Below are positions 51,351 to 64,000 of a stretch of 64,000 nt of DNA, piece after piece. Numbering within the stretch: the first letter of the stretch is position 1; every line of letters starts with the position of its first letter. The position numbers and the translations under genes are program-made. The notes under the pieces were generated by a model, which was given only the letters and a program-made list of their open reading frames with translations, did not search any database and had not been told where the DNA came from. Source of the stretch: Felis catus (lineage: Eukaryota); assembly GCF_018350175.1 (NCBI RefSeq), contig NC_058369.1, positions 152,396,001-152,460,000 of the forward strand. Reading direction: 5' to 3'.

Positions 51351-51989
51351 TTTATACACACACATGATATTTTGGGGATCAGGTCGATGAATAGAATTCA
51401 GCAGAAGGCAGGAAGGTCTCCATTCTTTTGAATGTTTATAGATATTAGTTAACACTCCTTGAAACTTCTAATTTTTGTTCAATGATGTGGTTTTATCTAT
51501 TTAAAAAGTGATACTAAGTTCTAGGGAAAAGACAGAGGCATGATCATTGTACTAAAGAAACACCACATGTATAAATGCACACGAGTATTACAAAAATTAC
51601 TGAAGGCTTCTCAGCCTCCATCTGAACCACTGCAATGGAGAGTGTCAAATTTAATTAAACTTGCTTCCGGCAGCCTACAAGGGTATGTGGGCAGAGGATA
51701 AAAGGAAAGTAGCAGTGGCTCTGGATTCTTTCTAAAATTTCACTTAGTTAGCTGGGATTTAATATTTAACCACCAGCTTGAAGTTCCTGTAATAATTTTT
51801 CCCAACTTGCTTACAGTATTAGTAGACTATCTGGTCTTTACCTCAACATTAATGAGGTATATAGAATTACTAGTTTCTAAATATTCAGAGAGGAGGACTG
51901 GGGTGACCCTTGAGTTGATTTTAAAGGAAATGTCCTGTATCAAGAGAAATTCTCAAGATATGCTTCTCTCCAAATTAAAAAAAAAAATT

Positions 51990-52365
51990 CTAGAATATCC
52001 AGTCATAATTATCATGCTCTGCTTTCACTTAGCATAAAATTACAAAATGGAAAAATGAACAGATCCCCAAAAGGATGACTCAGACTCATACTGCTTCATA
52101 TGGTAAGGCCTCTAGAACATAATGTTGGGTGAAAATTTGCATTCTACAATAACATGAATAGTATGACTTCACCTACTTAAACAAACGAGAGGGAAAAACA
52201 GGCATACCTGCATGTGAAGTGGGATCATTAAAATTTTAATAGTATATAGGTCTACAGTGTGGGATTTCTAGTGATTTTTATCTTTTTATATATTTTTTGC
52301 ATTGCTAGAGTTTTCCATATAAGAATGTACTCTACTCATCACCATAAAAATAATGAAGCTGTGTT
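51990..52365 (+). mobile_element. Very old L1 (L1ME-like) 3' fragment
   Basis: CTTAGCATAAAATTACAAAATGGAAA...GGATTTCTAGTGATTTTTATCTTTTTATATATTTTTTGC. Confidence 0.5.
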
Positions 52366-53607
52366 TTGAAAAAAAGGGGCCAGGTCTCCTGCCCAGTCTT
52401 TTGTCTACTTCATGTTGTCCTCCATCTCTTTTTCTATTCGGAGTTGAGTGTAAGCCAGTCTGTTGTGTGGTAAACAGGCAATTTCCATGCTGTAGAGTGA
52501 GTGGTCCCAACAAGGCCAACCCTACCTGAAATCACGGCCTCCATTGATCCTGCCTACCTGGTGTGTGTTTTTCAATCAGATTATGTAACAAAGACACTTT
52601 CAGTGCAAATATCAGCTGGGAAGAATATCACACTGAGCAAACCATTTGAAATCCCACACCCACTCAGCTAACCAGTCAGGTAACAGACCCGCTAGAAACC
52701 AAGATGCAGCTTAACATGTGTAACAGCCTAAGGGAGGAATGGAGGTGGCCGGGGACCTCAGGCAGAGAGCAAGGATCTGGTGGGCTGCTGGGGGAGTGGA
52801 CCGTCACGCCACACCACTGGCTCAGAACTGGCTCGGGGCAGAAAAAGAGGTCCACACAGGAGAAAAAGTTATTTCATAGTGTTCACTGCAGTTTGGGGAA
52901 ACTGCATATAATCAGGAGGCAAACTGCATATAATCAGTGGCTAGTCACTTAAATAAGTCTAACAGGGCTCAAGTCATGTAAGTCATATGTCTGTGTTCCT
53001 TGGCTATACTCACCGGCCCCAAATGTAGGCTATTTATTCAATGCCTGCATAATGAAATCCTCATCTGTATGTTAAAATTCTTCTCTGCAACCCTCTACAG
53101 TTAAATGGTTTGTCCTTTCTGAGGGTTTCTCTGTGGTGTTTTCTCAGACCTCATCAGGCTCCTCTGTGACACTGATCTTCTGCATTCGGTATCTCCCCGT
53201 CTCCTGGGCTGCAGTCCCAGGTCAATGCTACTGAGCTACGCCTCTTCCCTCACTCTAGCTTTCAGCCCTTTTTTTTGGTGCTTTCTGTAAATGACCAACT
53301 CACGGTGCAGCCTGAAGTCAGTTCTCCCCAACTGAGTGTCTCCTCCTTACCTCTACCTGTTGATGTTTTTCTGATCAAGGTTGGCAGATATGTCCCGCTA
53401 TCAATTTCTAGCCTCGTTGCCCTCTCATTAAGACATTAACACACTTTGAATCCAGATTTATAGGACTTTTGCTGCAGGGAAACTAACCACATTTCAAGCC
53501 ACCACGCCATAGCTATCACCGTAAGGCAACAAAACATACAAACCATAGGGAAAAAAACCAATTTTGTTACTAGGTTGCCACTCTTCATCTTGTTGGATCC
53601 AGTTTGC

Positions 53608-53646
53608 GGGGGGGGGGGGGGGGGGGGGAGTGGGGGTGGCGGTGGT
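53608..53646 (+). repeat. G21 homopolymer plus G-runs (G-quadruplex-capable)
   Basis: Direct reading; similar tracts at 10458-10486 and 54649-54669. Confidence 0.85.
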
Positions 53647-56079
53647 ATTCTGTCACCAAGTGAGAATGACTGATCTGCTGAAACCACACTGGGCTGGGCG
53701 TCAAAAGAGCTGAAACTGGATTTGGGCTCAGCTACTGGTCTAAAGGCATAGAACTCTCTTTTGGTTTCAGTTTTCGCATCAATGAGAGTAATTAGTAATT
53801 CCCACCCTAACTTCAGGGGTTAACTTTTAGGGGAAAATATAAGAAAACAAATAGGAAGAAACTTTTAAAAATAAAAAGCCAACATACACGTATCAGGTTT
53901 AAGATTATGACCCTTTCAAGGTCAGGGCTGACCACTGTGGCCGCTAATCGCTTGGGCACCCATGTATGGGGCCACATAAATCACAGATTTTAAGCTACAC
54001 TAGATAAAGTAGCTGAAGGGGAAGGGGCTCTCAGTAGCAGGCCAATGTCTTTTACCCCTTCTCATAGGGTTTGAACCTCACCTCTCCGCAACTTGGCTGC
54101 TGGCATTCAGCAGGACAACCCCCAAAGTCCCAAGGCCAGCCCATTCAGGGGTTTATAAAGTCCCATAGGCAAGCACACACCCTTCCCTTTGTGCTTATAC
54201 GTTTAAACTACAGTTACTCTAAATGAAGCACTTTATTTTTTCCTCCTTTTTCCAAAGCCCCAGGCACTTCCATAAGCACAGAAAGGATGCCTTTGCTATG
54301 AGCACAAGTGAAGGCAATGGTGCCGGTGGTCTTGCCCAGTGGGAGGATGTTTGCACTNNNNNNNNNNNNNNNNNNNNNNNNNNNNNNNNNNNNNNNNNNN
54401 NNNNNNNNNNNNNNNNNNNNNNNNNNNNNNNNNNNNNNNNNNNNNNNNNNNNNNNNNNNNNNNNNNNNNNNNNNNNNNNNNNNNNNNNNNNNNNNNNNNN
54501 NNNNNNNNNNNNNNNNNNNNNGGGTGGGAGTGGGGGTGGAGGCGGCAGGGAGGGGGTGAGGGTGGCCTCCTATCCCTGCTGCTGAAGTTCTGTGCTCCTC
54601 GGCCTCCTTCACTATCTGCAGCTGAGCTCGCGGCTGCTGGGCACATTCGGGGGGGCGGGGGGGGGGGGGATGGACGTCGGGGTATCTAAAAACGTCTTCA
54701 GTTAGTCATCAACTAACCGTAATCTCTGACTCCAATCTCTTTTCTAAAGAGTGTTAACTAGGCTGAGTGATTTTGTTTTCAACCGCTAATGCTTGATTTA
54801 GGAAATACTCAACAGCACTATTAAACAGACTGATAAGTACAGATGTGTCTGAGCACTGTGGGACAGTTTTCTCTGTGGACACATCTGGGCAGAACACAGG
54901 GGCACTGGATATGGTACACACGGAACAGTGATGGAAAACCACAGGCCCTTCAGGTAGATCACACAGTGCTTGGCAGACCGCCCTGGGGCCCTCAGTGGAG
55001 TATCTCTTGGGGACTCAACTTTGAAGGACCAGGTCGACACAAGCTGCCCTACCTACTGATTTCATGTGACTGGCAGGTGGGAGGGTGCGGGCAGCCACAG
55101 AGTATATCCGGGAGAGGTGGGGACACGAGCTTTCCCCTGCTGGCAGCAGTCCTGAGGCCAGCCACTCGGTCTAGGAAGAGGGTAAGGCCAAGTAACTATT
55201 TCTACCCCCTCTCATGGGCAGTACAGGGAAGAAGATATTTCAATTGAGTCCAAAATGGAAACGATGTTCCATGCCAAAGCTTATCACGAAAAGTCAAATG
55301 CAGGGCTTAGACAAGACAAATGGGTGACGATCTTGTCAATAGGACGTGGTATGTGGACAAACTCTTTGCAACAACGGACAGTTTCTTCCATGTTTAGTAA
55401 CTCATAACTATGTAACTATCCCCTTCCTACTCATTTGCTCTATTCATTCCTACTGTTCCTCCTCCAGACCTGCTTCGCTACTCCCCATCTATCTTTCACT
55501 CTTTTCAAATTTCTGTCAAGTTCTACAGTGCTTCCATATGGCTTTCAGAGTTAGACATTTACCCTTTCTTTGTTCCTATTTGGGGAGCAGTAGCTATTTT
55601 TGTTGCCTGAAGAACAACCACAAAAAAAAGCTGAGTACAAACATTATCAGTTTGGGGACCACCCCAAAGTGGATGATTTTCTCAACCAGGGTTGCCCATC
55701 TGAACCACAGAACATTACAATGATTGGAATTCCCATATTCTTAATTCTCCAATGGTTGTATGTAACTTCTTCCATTCTAGACTCAGTGTAGAGGTTTCAT
55801 TACAAACAAAGGATGCCATAGGGTATTAGGACTTCATTTTCTCACAAATCCCAGTTGAGAAAGAGTAAATAAAAAAAAGGTAAGTGTATTTATTTAGATT
55901 TCTCAGGAGTCCAAGATGTACCAGTGCAGAACTTCCTTGCCTGTAGGAAGCTCTAAATGACGAATAGCAATGACTGTGCACGTAATCATTAGGATTCTTG
56001 TCATCAATTTTTATTGTGTAATTATTGGTTTAGGAGATTAGCCCTGCACAGTTATATGTACTATTGAAAGTGAACTCTT

Positions 56080-56295
56080 AGGGCGCCTGGGTGGCTCAGT
56101 CGGTTAAGCATCTGACCTTGGTTCAGGTCATGATCTCACAGTTCGCGAGTTCGAGCCCTGGGTTGGGCTCTGTGCTGAGAGCTTGGAGCCTGGAGCCTGC
56201 CTCGGAGTTTGTGTCTCCCTCTCTCTCTGCCCCTCCCCTACTCATGGTCTCCCCCTCTCTCTCTCTCTCAAAAATAAGTAAACATTAAAAAAAAA
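56080..56295 (+). mobile_element. Can-SINE
   Basis: GGGCGCCTGGGTGGCTCAGTCGGTTAAGC head, B-box GAGTTCGAGCC; TSD GAAA(G/C)TGAACTCTT. Confidence 0.96.
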
Positions 56296-57439
56296 GAAAC
56301 TGAACTCTTTATCACTGACATTTCAATGATCTATTGTATGCCCTATAGACTACATTCTTCTCCTAGATAGGTTCTAAAGAACATATCTAAAGAAAATAAT
56401 CTAGACTATGTAATGGAAGGCAATACTCACGTTTCGCTGTCTGCCATATCCAATAACTCAGAAGGTCCTAAATAAGAGGAAAGTAAGACGTCCATCAAAA
56501 AAAGTTGAAAAAATAACCATTAACAACACAAAAAAAATCTGTAATCACAGAGTTATAATGCCTTGGCAAGCTGAATAAGGAAGAGCCATTTGGTGATAGG
56601 GATAATAAGACTGCCTCCCTTGCCCCCACCCCCAGAAAAGAAAGGACTTCTCTATTCCCCCTCACCAACCTCCCAACCCCCACCAGCCAACATGTGTGAA
56701 ATGGGAGCTGCATAGGAATGATACAGTCTCTGCCTGTAAAGCAGCTCTCAGTCAACTTGAAGGAATAAAATTAATTGGAATAGAATAAGTGAGAAATAAC
56801 TAAGTGGCTACCGTGGGAGAAAGGGGACAGTTCAGTGGGCTTGAAGGGTTGTTTATCATTCTCCAGTGGCAGGTTGTTTGAGATGGGGTTTTATACAGAC
56901 TTTTAAAACTATAAAATACCATAGATATCATCCAGTCTAACATCTATATTTTAGAAACAGAGTAACATTATAGTTTTCAAAAAATTTCCCTTCCAAGACC
57001 TGGAAGAAATGTTATACATAAACACCCAATGATTATAGATACTTCGTTAGCAATTGAGATGTTTGGTGAGTTTCTGCACTGCTGATGTTTTATTTGTTCA
57101 CCAACTAATTCATTCAATCTGCAAACAATTCTTGGAATGACCACCTTTCCACTCTCTGCACCACTGCTTTCCTCCCCAGCCCTCCCTAACTCTAATTGGC
57201 CTGCAGGTATCAGTTGAGACACATTTTGCATCAAACCCTGCATGAGCCCACTCCAAATACTGCATTAAGTGGCCTGCCTATGTATGTGCACTCCCACTTT
57301 GGACACCAAGCCTATGTTCTGTAATTGGGAGGGTAAGATAATTCGTCATCTAAATTGAGACTATACCACACAGGTGGGGCTATACAATTACCTTATTGAT
57401 CAAGACATTTAAACCATATCAAAACCACCTGCTGATGTG

Positions 57440-57580
57440 TCCCTCCACTAGTCTCTGGTAAATCCCCTGACGTCGTGGCCTAGGCCTCATCCACCACTAT
57501 ATCCTTCCTTGGTGCCTGGCATTGAACCTAGTACCAAGGAGATGCTTAAATGTTGGGGTGAATTAATGAATAAGTGTGCT
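57440..57580 (+). mobile_element. LINE-2 3' end relic
   Basis: GGTGCCTGGCATTGAACCTAGTACCAAGGAGATGCTTAAATGTTGGGGTGAATTAATGAAT. Confidence 0.55.
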
Positions 57581-60022
57581 TAGACACGCCAAGCACAGTT
57601 CTAGGTATTGAGCATTTTAGTCTTTAGAAATACTATCCTGTTCATTTGCTGTCTTTACTGTCAGATATCATTATTATTGAAAATGTGCTTAGGTGATTAC
57701 CTATTACATAAAAAAGAAGAAAGGGAAGATGTTAGGACTCCCCATCCATGAAAGTCACTGGCCAAGAAGATGGCTGAGGTGTTATGGGACCTTCACAATC
57801 CTCCTGGTCATCCGAGAGCTACCTCATCACCTTTACCTCCTCTTTCACAGAAACTGGCCATCAAGGCCAGGTGAATCTTCTCTTGCACCATCTGCCCTAT
57901 TTCTGTCTCCTCTTTGTCCTATTTGACAAACAGGCTTCCTAATAGGTCTCTGTCTGGAGCATAAGAAAAGTGAAAACATTAAGAAAAGTGAAAAGCCTCA
58001 TATCATTCAGATTTCCAGGTTTCCAATTCAGCATATTGACTGCTTACTCCCAAGTATTTAAACATGAAAGTTCACCGTCTTTCATTTGGAACTGCCCTTA
58101 TTCAATTTGTTCCCAGGTTCCGTTTTTCACATTAGCTAATCTGGTAACTGGACCATTACCCACCCATTTCTCAGGCCCGCCCGGTTCCCAGAGCTTGTTC
58201 CCTCCACTCTCCCGATCTGAAACAGCCTTCCCTTTTCTAGACACATACCTAAGTCTTACCCATTCTGTAAAGCCCAATCTGTGACAAGGTCTTCTGAAAA
58301 GACCAGTCTTCACAGAAGGGATCTATCCCTTTCTCTGAAAGCCTGTAGCACTTACTTGGTTCTACCCTTTTGCCATTTGATTTTCAGTCATATGCCTTGT
58401 CTCCCTAAACAAATTCTTCTAAATCTCTGCAGTGTAAGAATATTTATTATTTCCCTCTAGCATTATCATATCCCTCTAGCAACTATCCTACATTAAGGAT
58501 TTAACAAAGACTTGACTCATTTATTTTTGTCCCTCAACAAACTAGGAACATTTTTCTAAGGAAAAGTGAACAATAATTCTCACGACAAACAAATAATTCC
58601 CACAACAAACACCCGAAGAAGTGCAGAGCAGTATAGCGCCGTGATGGGTCCTAGAGCTGAACCTCCTTGCTCCAAAATTCTGGCTCTACCTACCACTTAC
58701 TGGACCTCACGCAAGTTCATTTAATCTCTCAGTCATGGCACACTACATGCCTGAAGGTTAGATATTAAGTGTCCTATTCTCTGGCATAATCCAGGAGGTT
58801 ACACTAAATCAAAATGTGGACCATCAGTAAAGGAAGGAAGTGTACCGGACTCTGCATTTCCTTCCATTTATTTCTGAAGCCACTTGTTGATTCAACTTTG
58901 ATGTCCTGAGAACCAATACTCCAGACCTCCTCAGTTGCGGGCAGGGCATTCTCTGCAAGGCTAGGAACAAGAAGGCTTACAGGGCCCAATGCCCTCTTCG
59001 GCAAACCCTTGGAGCAATTCATGTGGAAAGGAATTCCATGAATACCAGCAACCCAGCCTCACTGGCAGCTCTGTTCCCACCATTACTGCTGAGTGCATGC
59101 GGATTTAGGCACCAGAGGCCCCGCCTCCTTTCCCCCTCCATTCTGTGCTCAGGGCTGCACCCATGGGGGGTCCACGGACTCCAGGATCCCTGCCGCCATG
59201 TGAGAGTTTGTGGAACCAACTCAATCTGCGCTAAAATGGCAATTGTTTGACACTCTGAAAGGGGGGACAAGGAAGAGAAAGGACCTTGTTCCTCAAGTTT
59301 CTGACAAGAATCACCACAAATGCAGCCAATGCAGAACAATCCCAGAGCTGATTATCCAATTTATGAGTCAGGCAAGCCTGTAGCTGCTTATCACTCCCCC
59401 CTTCTCTCCTTCTGACCTGCTGCAGCAGACAGGGGTGAGAGGAAGAGGTGCTGATCTTAAAACAGGATACTTTTGCTTAATTAAAATCTGATGAAACTCC
59501 AATTACAGGTTTCTGGAACGAAATGGGCTCTGGAATGATGGACTTAATTAACCCAAACCTTCCTCCTCTTTCCACCAGTACAGATAATCACAAAAAGAGC
59601 AGAACATTTTGCATGCTGGCAGGTGAATCCCCAATGCAGAGGGAAGGGTGGCAGTGAACTGATGACAGACAGGCATAGGGAGCTATTTTTAGCAGTACAG
59701 GTACCTTTTCTAGCAATATCTTAACCCGCTTTAAAATAACCGTGTTGGCATAATGCTAGCAAGAAGGGGGTGGTGGAGGAGGAGCTGAGAAGAGGACTGA
59801 GTGCCAGGTACAGCCCAAGAAGAGGCTGGATTTTCCCTCCCTATGCTGCTTCTAGTGGCCTGCTGGGAGCTGTAGTATTTCAGGCTGTTTACTAGTGCCC
59901 TGTGCAGGTTAGCAGCATCAGTATGAGGTCTGCAGAGAGGGGGCATGGCCAGAGAAACAAAAATCATCTGCACAGACTGCAAAAATGCTCTTTAAAGGAA
60001 ACACTATTTTAAAAATAGCACC

Positions 60023-60243
60023 GGGATGCCTGGGTGGCTCAGTTGGTTGTGTGTCCAACTTCGGCTCGGGTCATGAACTCATGGTTCATGAGTTCGAGCC
60101 CCGCGTTGGGCTCTCTGCTGTCAGCGCCGAGCCCACCCGGGATCCCTCTTGTCCCCCTCTCTCTCTGCTCTCCCCCAGTTAGTGCTCTCTCCCGCTCTCT
60201 CAGAAATAAAACTAAATATAAAATAATAAATAAATAAATAATA
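60023..60243 (+). mobile_element. Can-SINE
   Basis: GGGATGCCTGGGTGGCTCAGTTGGTT head, B-box GAGTTCGAGCC, (AAAT)n tail, flanking AAAAATAGCA repeat. Confidence 0.94.
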
Positions 60244-61269
60244 AAAAATAGCATCTATGATTTTTTGGGGAAAGTTCATTTGAGTGTCACTAATAAGGGA
60301 GAGAACAAGAGAAAGAAAAGAGGATGGAATTCTTTCAGTTTAGATCAATGGTGAATATTTGGACCTAGAACTTATTTTATATTTTAGATCTACACTGTGA
60401 ACATCACGCCATGTCCCTTCGGGAATCTGAAGGAGTACCGTTACGTTGTTAGCAGTGAACTCAGTTATTCCCTGAATATAAAACCAAGTCTTGGTTCACT
60501 GCTGCCTCCTAGGGTGTGCTACAATGTCCACACTCAACCCCATATTTGACTTGTACCAGAAAACAACTGTTAAAATCTGACTCAAGGGGCATGTGTGCCA
60601 ATTTCTCCATGAAGTTTTCAGAGGCAGACAATCGCTGTCCCTTCAGAGCCCTGCATTAGCTGTCATTGGAACTCTGCAGGTAATGCTTCCATCAAACTAC
60701 CCTGCGAGGTGGTGGTGTTTCATTTCCCTCACCGGGGTTTAGAAATATGGAGGGCAGAGACCAGATGTTACACGTGAGTCTTGGCAGGTAACCTGACCTC
60801 ACTCTCCTTCGGTTTTCACCACCCGTCAGGTGGAGAGAAGAGAACTCCCTACATAGGGTTGTTTTAAGAATTAAGTATGTGAATACATATGAAGCATTTA
60901 GAGCAATCAAAGTTAGCAGTGACTATTACTCTAACATTTTTTCTCAAAAGTTCATGGGACAGAATTCATTTTTTTATTGAATGAATGAATGAAAGCCATT
61001 TAAAAATCAATGTGGATCCCAGCCAGTATCGTATTTTTTTTCTCAGAGAAAGACCCATAAACGTAACATGGATTCAAAAGACTGTGCTATACGGGAAATG
61101 GTCTGAAAAATCAGGGGGGAACAGACGTATTGAGAAGATCTACGCATCAGTATTCCAGCGAAGCCGGGGAATGCGAAAGGAAGCAAAATTTCACAAATCT
61201 CCCAACGTGAGAAAGTGAACAGTGAGGTTAAGTAGTCAAGCCTTCTAAATGGCAAGTCTGCTGCCCGGG

Positions 61270-61312
61270 CTCATTCCATTGGCTCTTCCGTTGGATACCC
61301 GCCCCCCCCCCC
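61270..61312 (-). promoter_or_regulatory. Compact motif cluster: GC box, ETS, NF-Y CCAAT and MCAT/TEAD
   Basis: Minus strand reads GGGGCGGG-TATCCAA-CGGAAG-AGCCAATGG-AATG within about 35 bp. Confidence 0.4.
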
Positions 61313-64000
61313 TGCTCTTGCTGCTACAACCCTATCATCAATATTGTGCTTGTATTATATATGATGTGTCCTTTGTCGCACGCATCCTTTAATTTGCTTC
61401 CCACACCAAGGCATCCAAACCCCCCTTGCTATCCCTTCCACCTCTCCGTGGCCTCTCTGTCCGGGACCTCATTTCCCATTAGTCTCCCCCACGCTGCCAG
61501 CAGACCATTCCAAATCCTCCTCTGCCCCAGGACAAAAGCTGCACAGATGTGGGGAGAGCTGGCACTGGGAACTCGAACCGCACCGTCATCCTGTCCCAGC
61601 GGGACGGTGGTCCTTTCTCTCGGGGACCAGAGGCAGAAAAAGGGGGGGGGGGTAAAAATAAAAGAAAAGAAAAGAAAGACTGAAGACAGAAAAGGAGAGA
61701 AGACAAAATAAGCCATTGAAATCAAAAAGGAAATGCATGAGTGAGATTTCTATCAGGACGCGCAGTAGGGGGGCAGAGGGGTGGGAGTGGGGGGGATAAA
61801 AACAAAGGGGCGAGATGTGCGGGGTGGTAAAAGCCTAAAACAACACAAAAGTCCCTCCGAGGGGTTTAAGGAGGGAGGAAGGAGTGGGGAGAAAATATGG
61901 TTGAAAGGAGCTGAAAAGCGGGAGCCACTGGGGGCCCGGGAATGGAGCCCCTCGCGTCCTTCCCTCTCCACCCTGGCCCTGTGGGATTGCTCTCTGTCTT
62001 CCTCTTCCATTCTCTCTGCAACCTTCCAAATGCCCAAATTCCAGTTTTTCAGAAAGGAAAACAGCAGGTTGTGTATTTGAGAGAAAAGGTCCCAAAGAAG
62101 AAGGAGGACAGAAAACAATTCCAGCCTCCTGTGGCTTTTCAGAACTCACCACACATCTCCTGCCCCTAGCCCCACAGCCCGGTTTCCAGAGAACTCTTAG
62201 GACAGAAATGTGTTGTTTACTGTGGTGTCTGGGGGAACAGCTAATCTCTCACGACTCCTGCTCAGGGGGCGCCCTCCCGACTGTGGACCCCACTGCTCAC
62301 CACAAATAACCAGCGAAGAGGTGGGCAAAGCAGAGGCGAGAGGGGCTCCCACCTGAGCAAGGATGCAGGACAGAAAACCAGCTAGTATGCTCTCAGGCAA
62401 CTTGCAAAGTGCCTACCGATTTCTCCAGAGCCCTGTCATTAGCACATCTTTACAGTCAGGTCTTCGAACAGGTTTCAGGATTTATGGCATATGAAGTCAC
62501 AGGAAAGACTTAAACCAAATTAAAAAAAAAAAATTAGAACTTCAAAAGATCTGCAGCATTTGAGAGATGAGGAGGAATGTCCCTCTCCAACTCTGGTGCA
62601 GTGTAAAATTTCCACTTTTTTCCCCATTTACATGAATTCATACTGATCAGACCTGTCTACCACAAAACTGACGCTAGCTTATAAACATAATGCCACAGTC
62701 TGATACACATCCTGAACCCTAGCCTCACTAAATTCTCTTAGAAAAGGCTATTTTCCTTGTCAGACCAAGGGGATTCTAGAGCCATCATCATGTTAAATTA
62801 GGAGAGACTATTTCACTGAACAGAGATCACATTAAGGTAATAGGTACAGAGAAGAGAAAGGGTCATGTTTCCCGTGTGCTTGTCCTTGACTTCAAGAACA
62901 CTGTAATTTACAGAGGTTTCTATAACTTAAAAGAGATGTGTTTTTCAAAATGCACAGGCTAATGAAATTATATCAGCACCTAAAGATACGAAAACAAACA
63001 GCAACAATAAAGACAGTTGAGCTGAAGCGCTTAGCTCTTAAGAACCTGCTGGATTAGACTGGCTATGCCAAAAGATTTCGCATGTGTATTCCTGAATAAA
63101 GAGAAATAATGAGATCAGTGTTAGGGAGATGGAATTGATGAGGCCTATCAGGTTGGCTAGTACTAATTTCAATAAAAATCAACTGCAATTTAGTTCCTAT
63201 TATTTGGCTATGGTACTAAAAGGTTAAAAATCACCATCCTTCAAAATTGCAGTGATTCTGGGACTAGAGAGCATAATGAGATTTTATTTCCCAACAGAAA
63301 GATGGATTGTGCTTCGTATCTCCAGTCTCACTCTCAGGTATGTACCGGCCAATGAGAGATCCTGGTGGGGCGGGGAGGGTATCAGATGCCTCCCGTGACC
63401 TTGGGAATGGCTTGCCCATGAGGCAAGTAGAGATGTTTGGAATCTCAAGGGTTTTTTTCCCTCATTATCATAGTTATTAAACATATTATTAAAATCGAAC
63501 CAAAAAAAATCCTGGAAAAATAAACACCCCCTCCCCCCAAATTATGTTAATTTTGCTTTGTGTCCTTCCATTTTGACAGAGAGAGCTGTATTATGTGACT
63601 CACGCTTTGCAAGAGGTGCTGGGGGTGGAAGAGACACAAGCTGAGTACTGGGGTGTCAGGCTTTGGTTACAGCACGAAGAGACTAACGAAAGTACCAGCT
63701 TGATTTCACACCAGGCAAAGTAGGCGTGCACCAGTCCACAGATGGGGTTAGAAACAGAAAGCTTTTAGAGGCCCTCTTATTTAAGGCAGTGGAAAAAGTA
63801 GTGTGGGAGTGAAAAATCCATGGGTCTAGACCAATATCATCTCATGCCCCTGGGGACATGCAATGGAGGAGAGGGGTTTTGTTTTTGTTTTTGGTACAAG
63901 TATGTCCCAAATATTACATGGGTCATGCTTATGCTAAAAAGAGGGGAAACTGTTGTTAAAGAACTTGCAAATTCAAAGAATTATTGTTGCTAGTCAACCT

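Noticed and set aside
15618-62118. Naming the gene. The layout and an MEEED-starting frame near 62010 (minus) loosely reminded me of the human PHLDB2 upstream region
   Set aside because: This is an unverified memory-based hunch. No coding exon is present and the peptide similarity stops after five residues. A BLASTN of the first exon is needed.
8498-63603. Scattered AP-1 (TGASTCA) motifs and isolated GTAAGT donors
   Set aside because: The numbers seen are close to chance expectation for 6-7-mers in 64 kb.
1-64000. A novel multi-gene biological system
   Set aside because: There are no supported coding genes, RNA genes or operon-like structure; the window is explained by one promoter, non-coding sequence and known mammalian repeat classes.

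Overview
This window is eukaryotic, mammalian DNA, almost certainly from a cat-family (felid) genome, judged from 21 tRNA-derived Can-SINE copies, five of the young SINEC_Fc-like type. It is essentially non-coding and I can support no protein-coding exon. The main landmark is a CpG-island promoter at about 15.0-16.2 kb. It carries a CCAAT box, GC boxes and a consensus minus-strand 5' splice site at 15618/15617, so it is probably the non-coding first exon of a minus-strand gene whose intron 1 runs off the left edge. I cannot name the gene. The rest is intronic or upstream sequence with L1, L2, MIR, MaLR-LTR and hAT (MER20/MER5) relics, microsatellites and seven N-gaps. I see no new multi-gene biological system. 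The most unusual item is a 102-bp segment next to the promoter (16105-16206) copied 1.8 kb away (17929-18030) between 23-bp direct repeats, with all five CpGs lost in the copy. Also notable are several smaller duplication-plus-insert scars and a compact GC-box/ETS/CCAAT/MCAT cassette at about 61.3 kb that may be a distal promoter. Repeat family names come from my recall of consensus sequences, and boundaries of old repeats are approximate.
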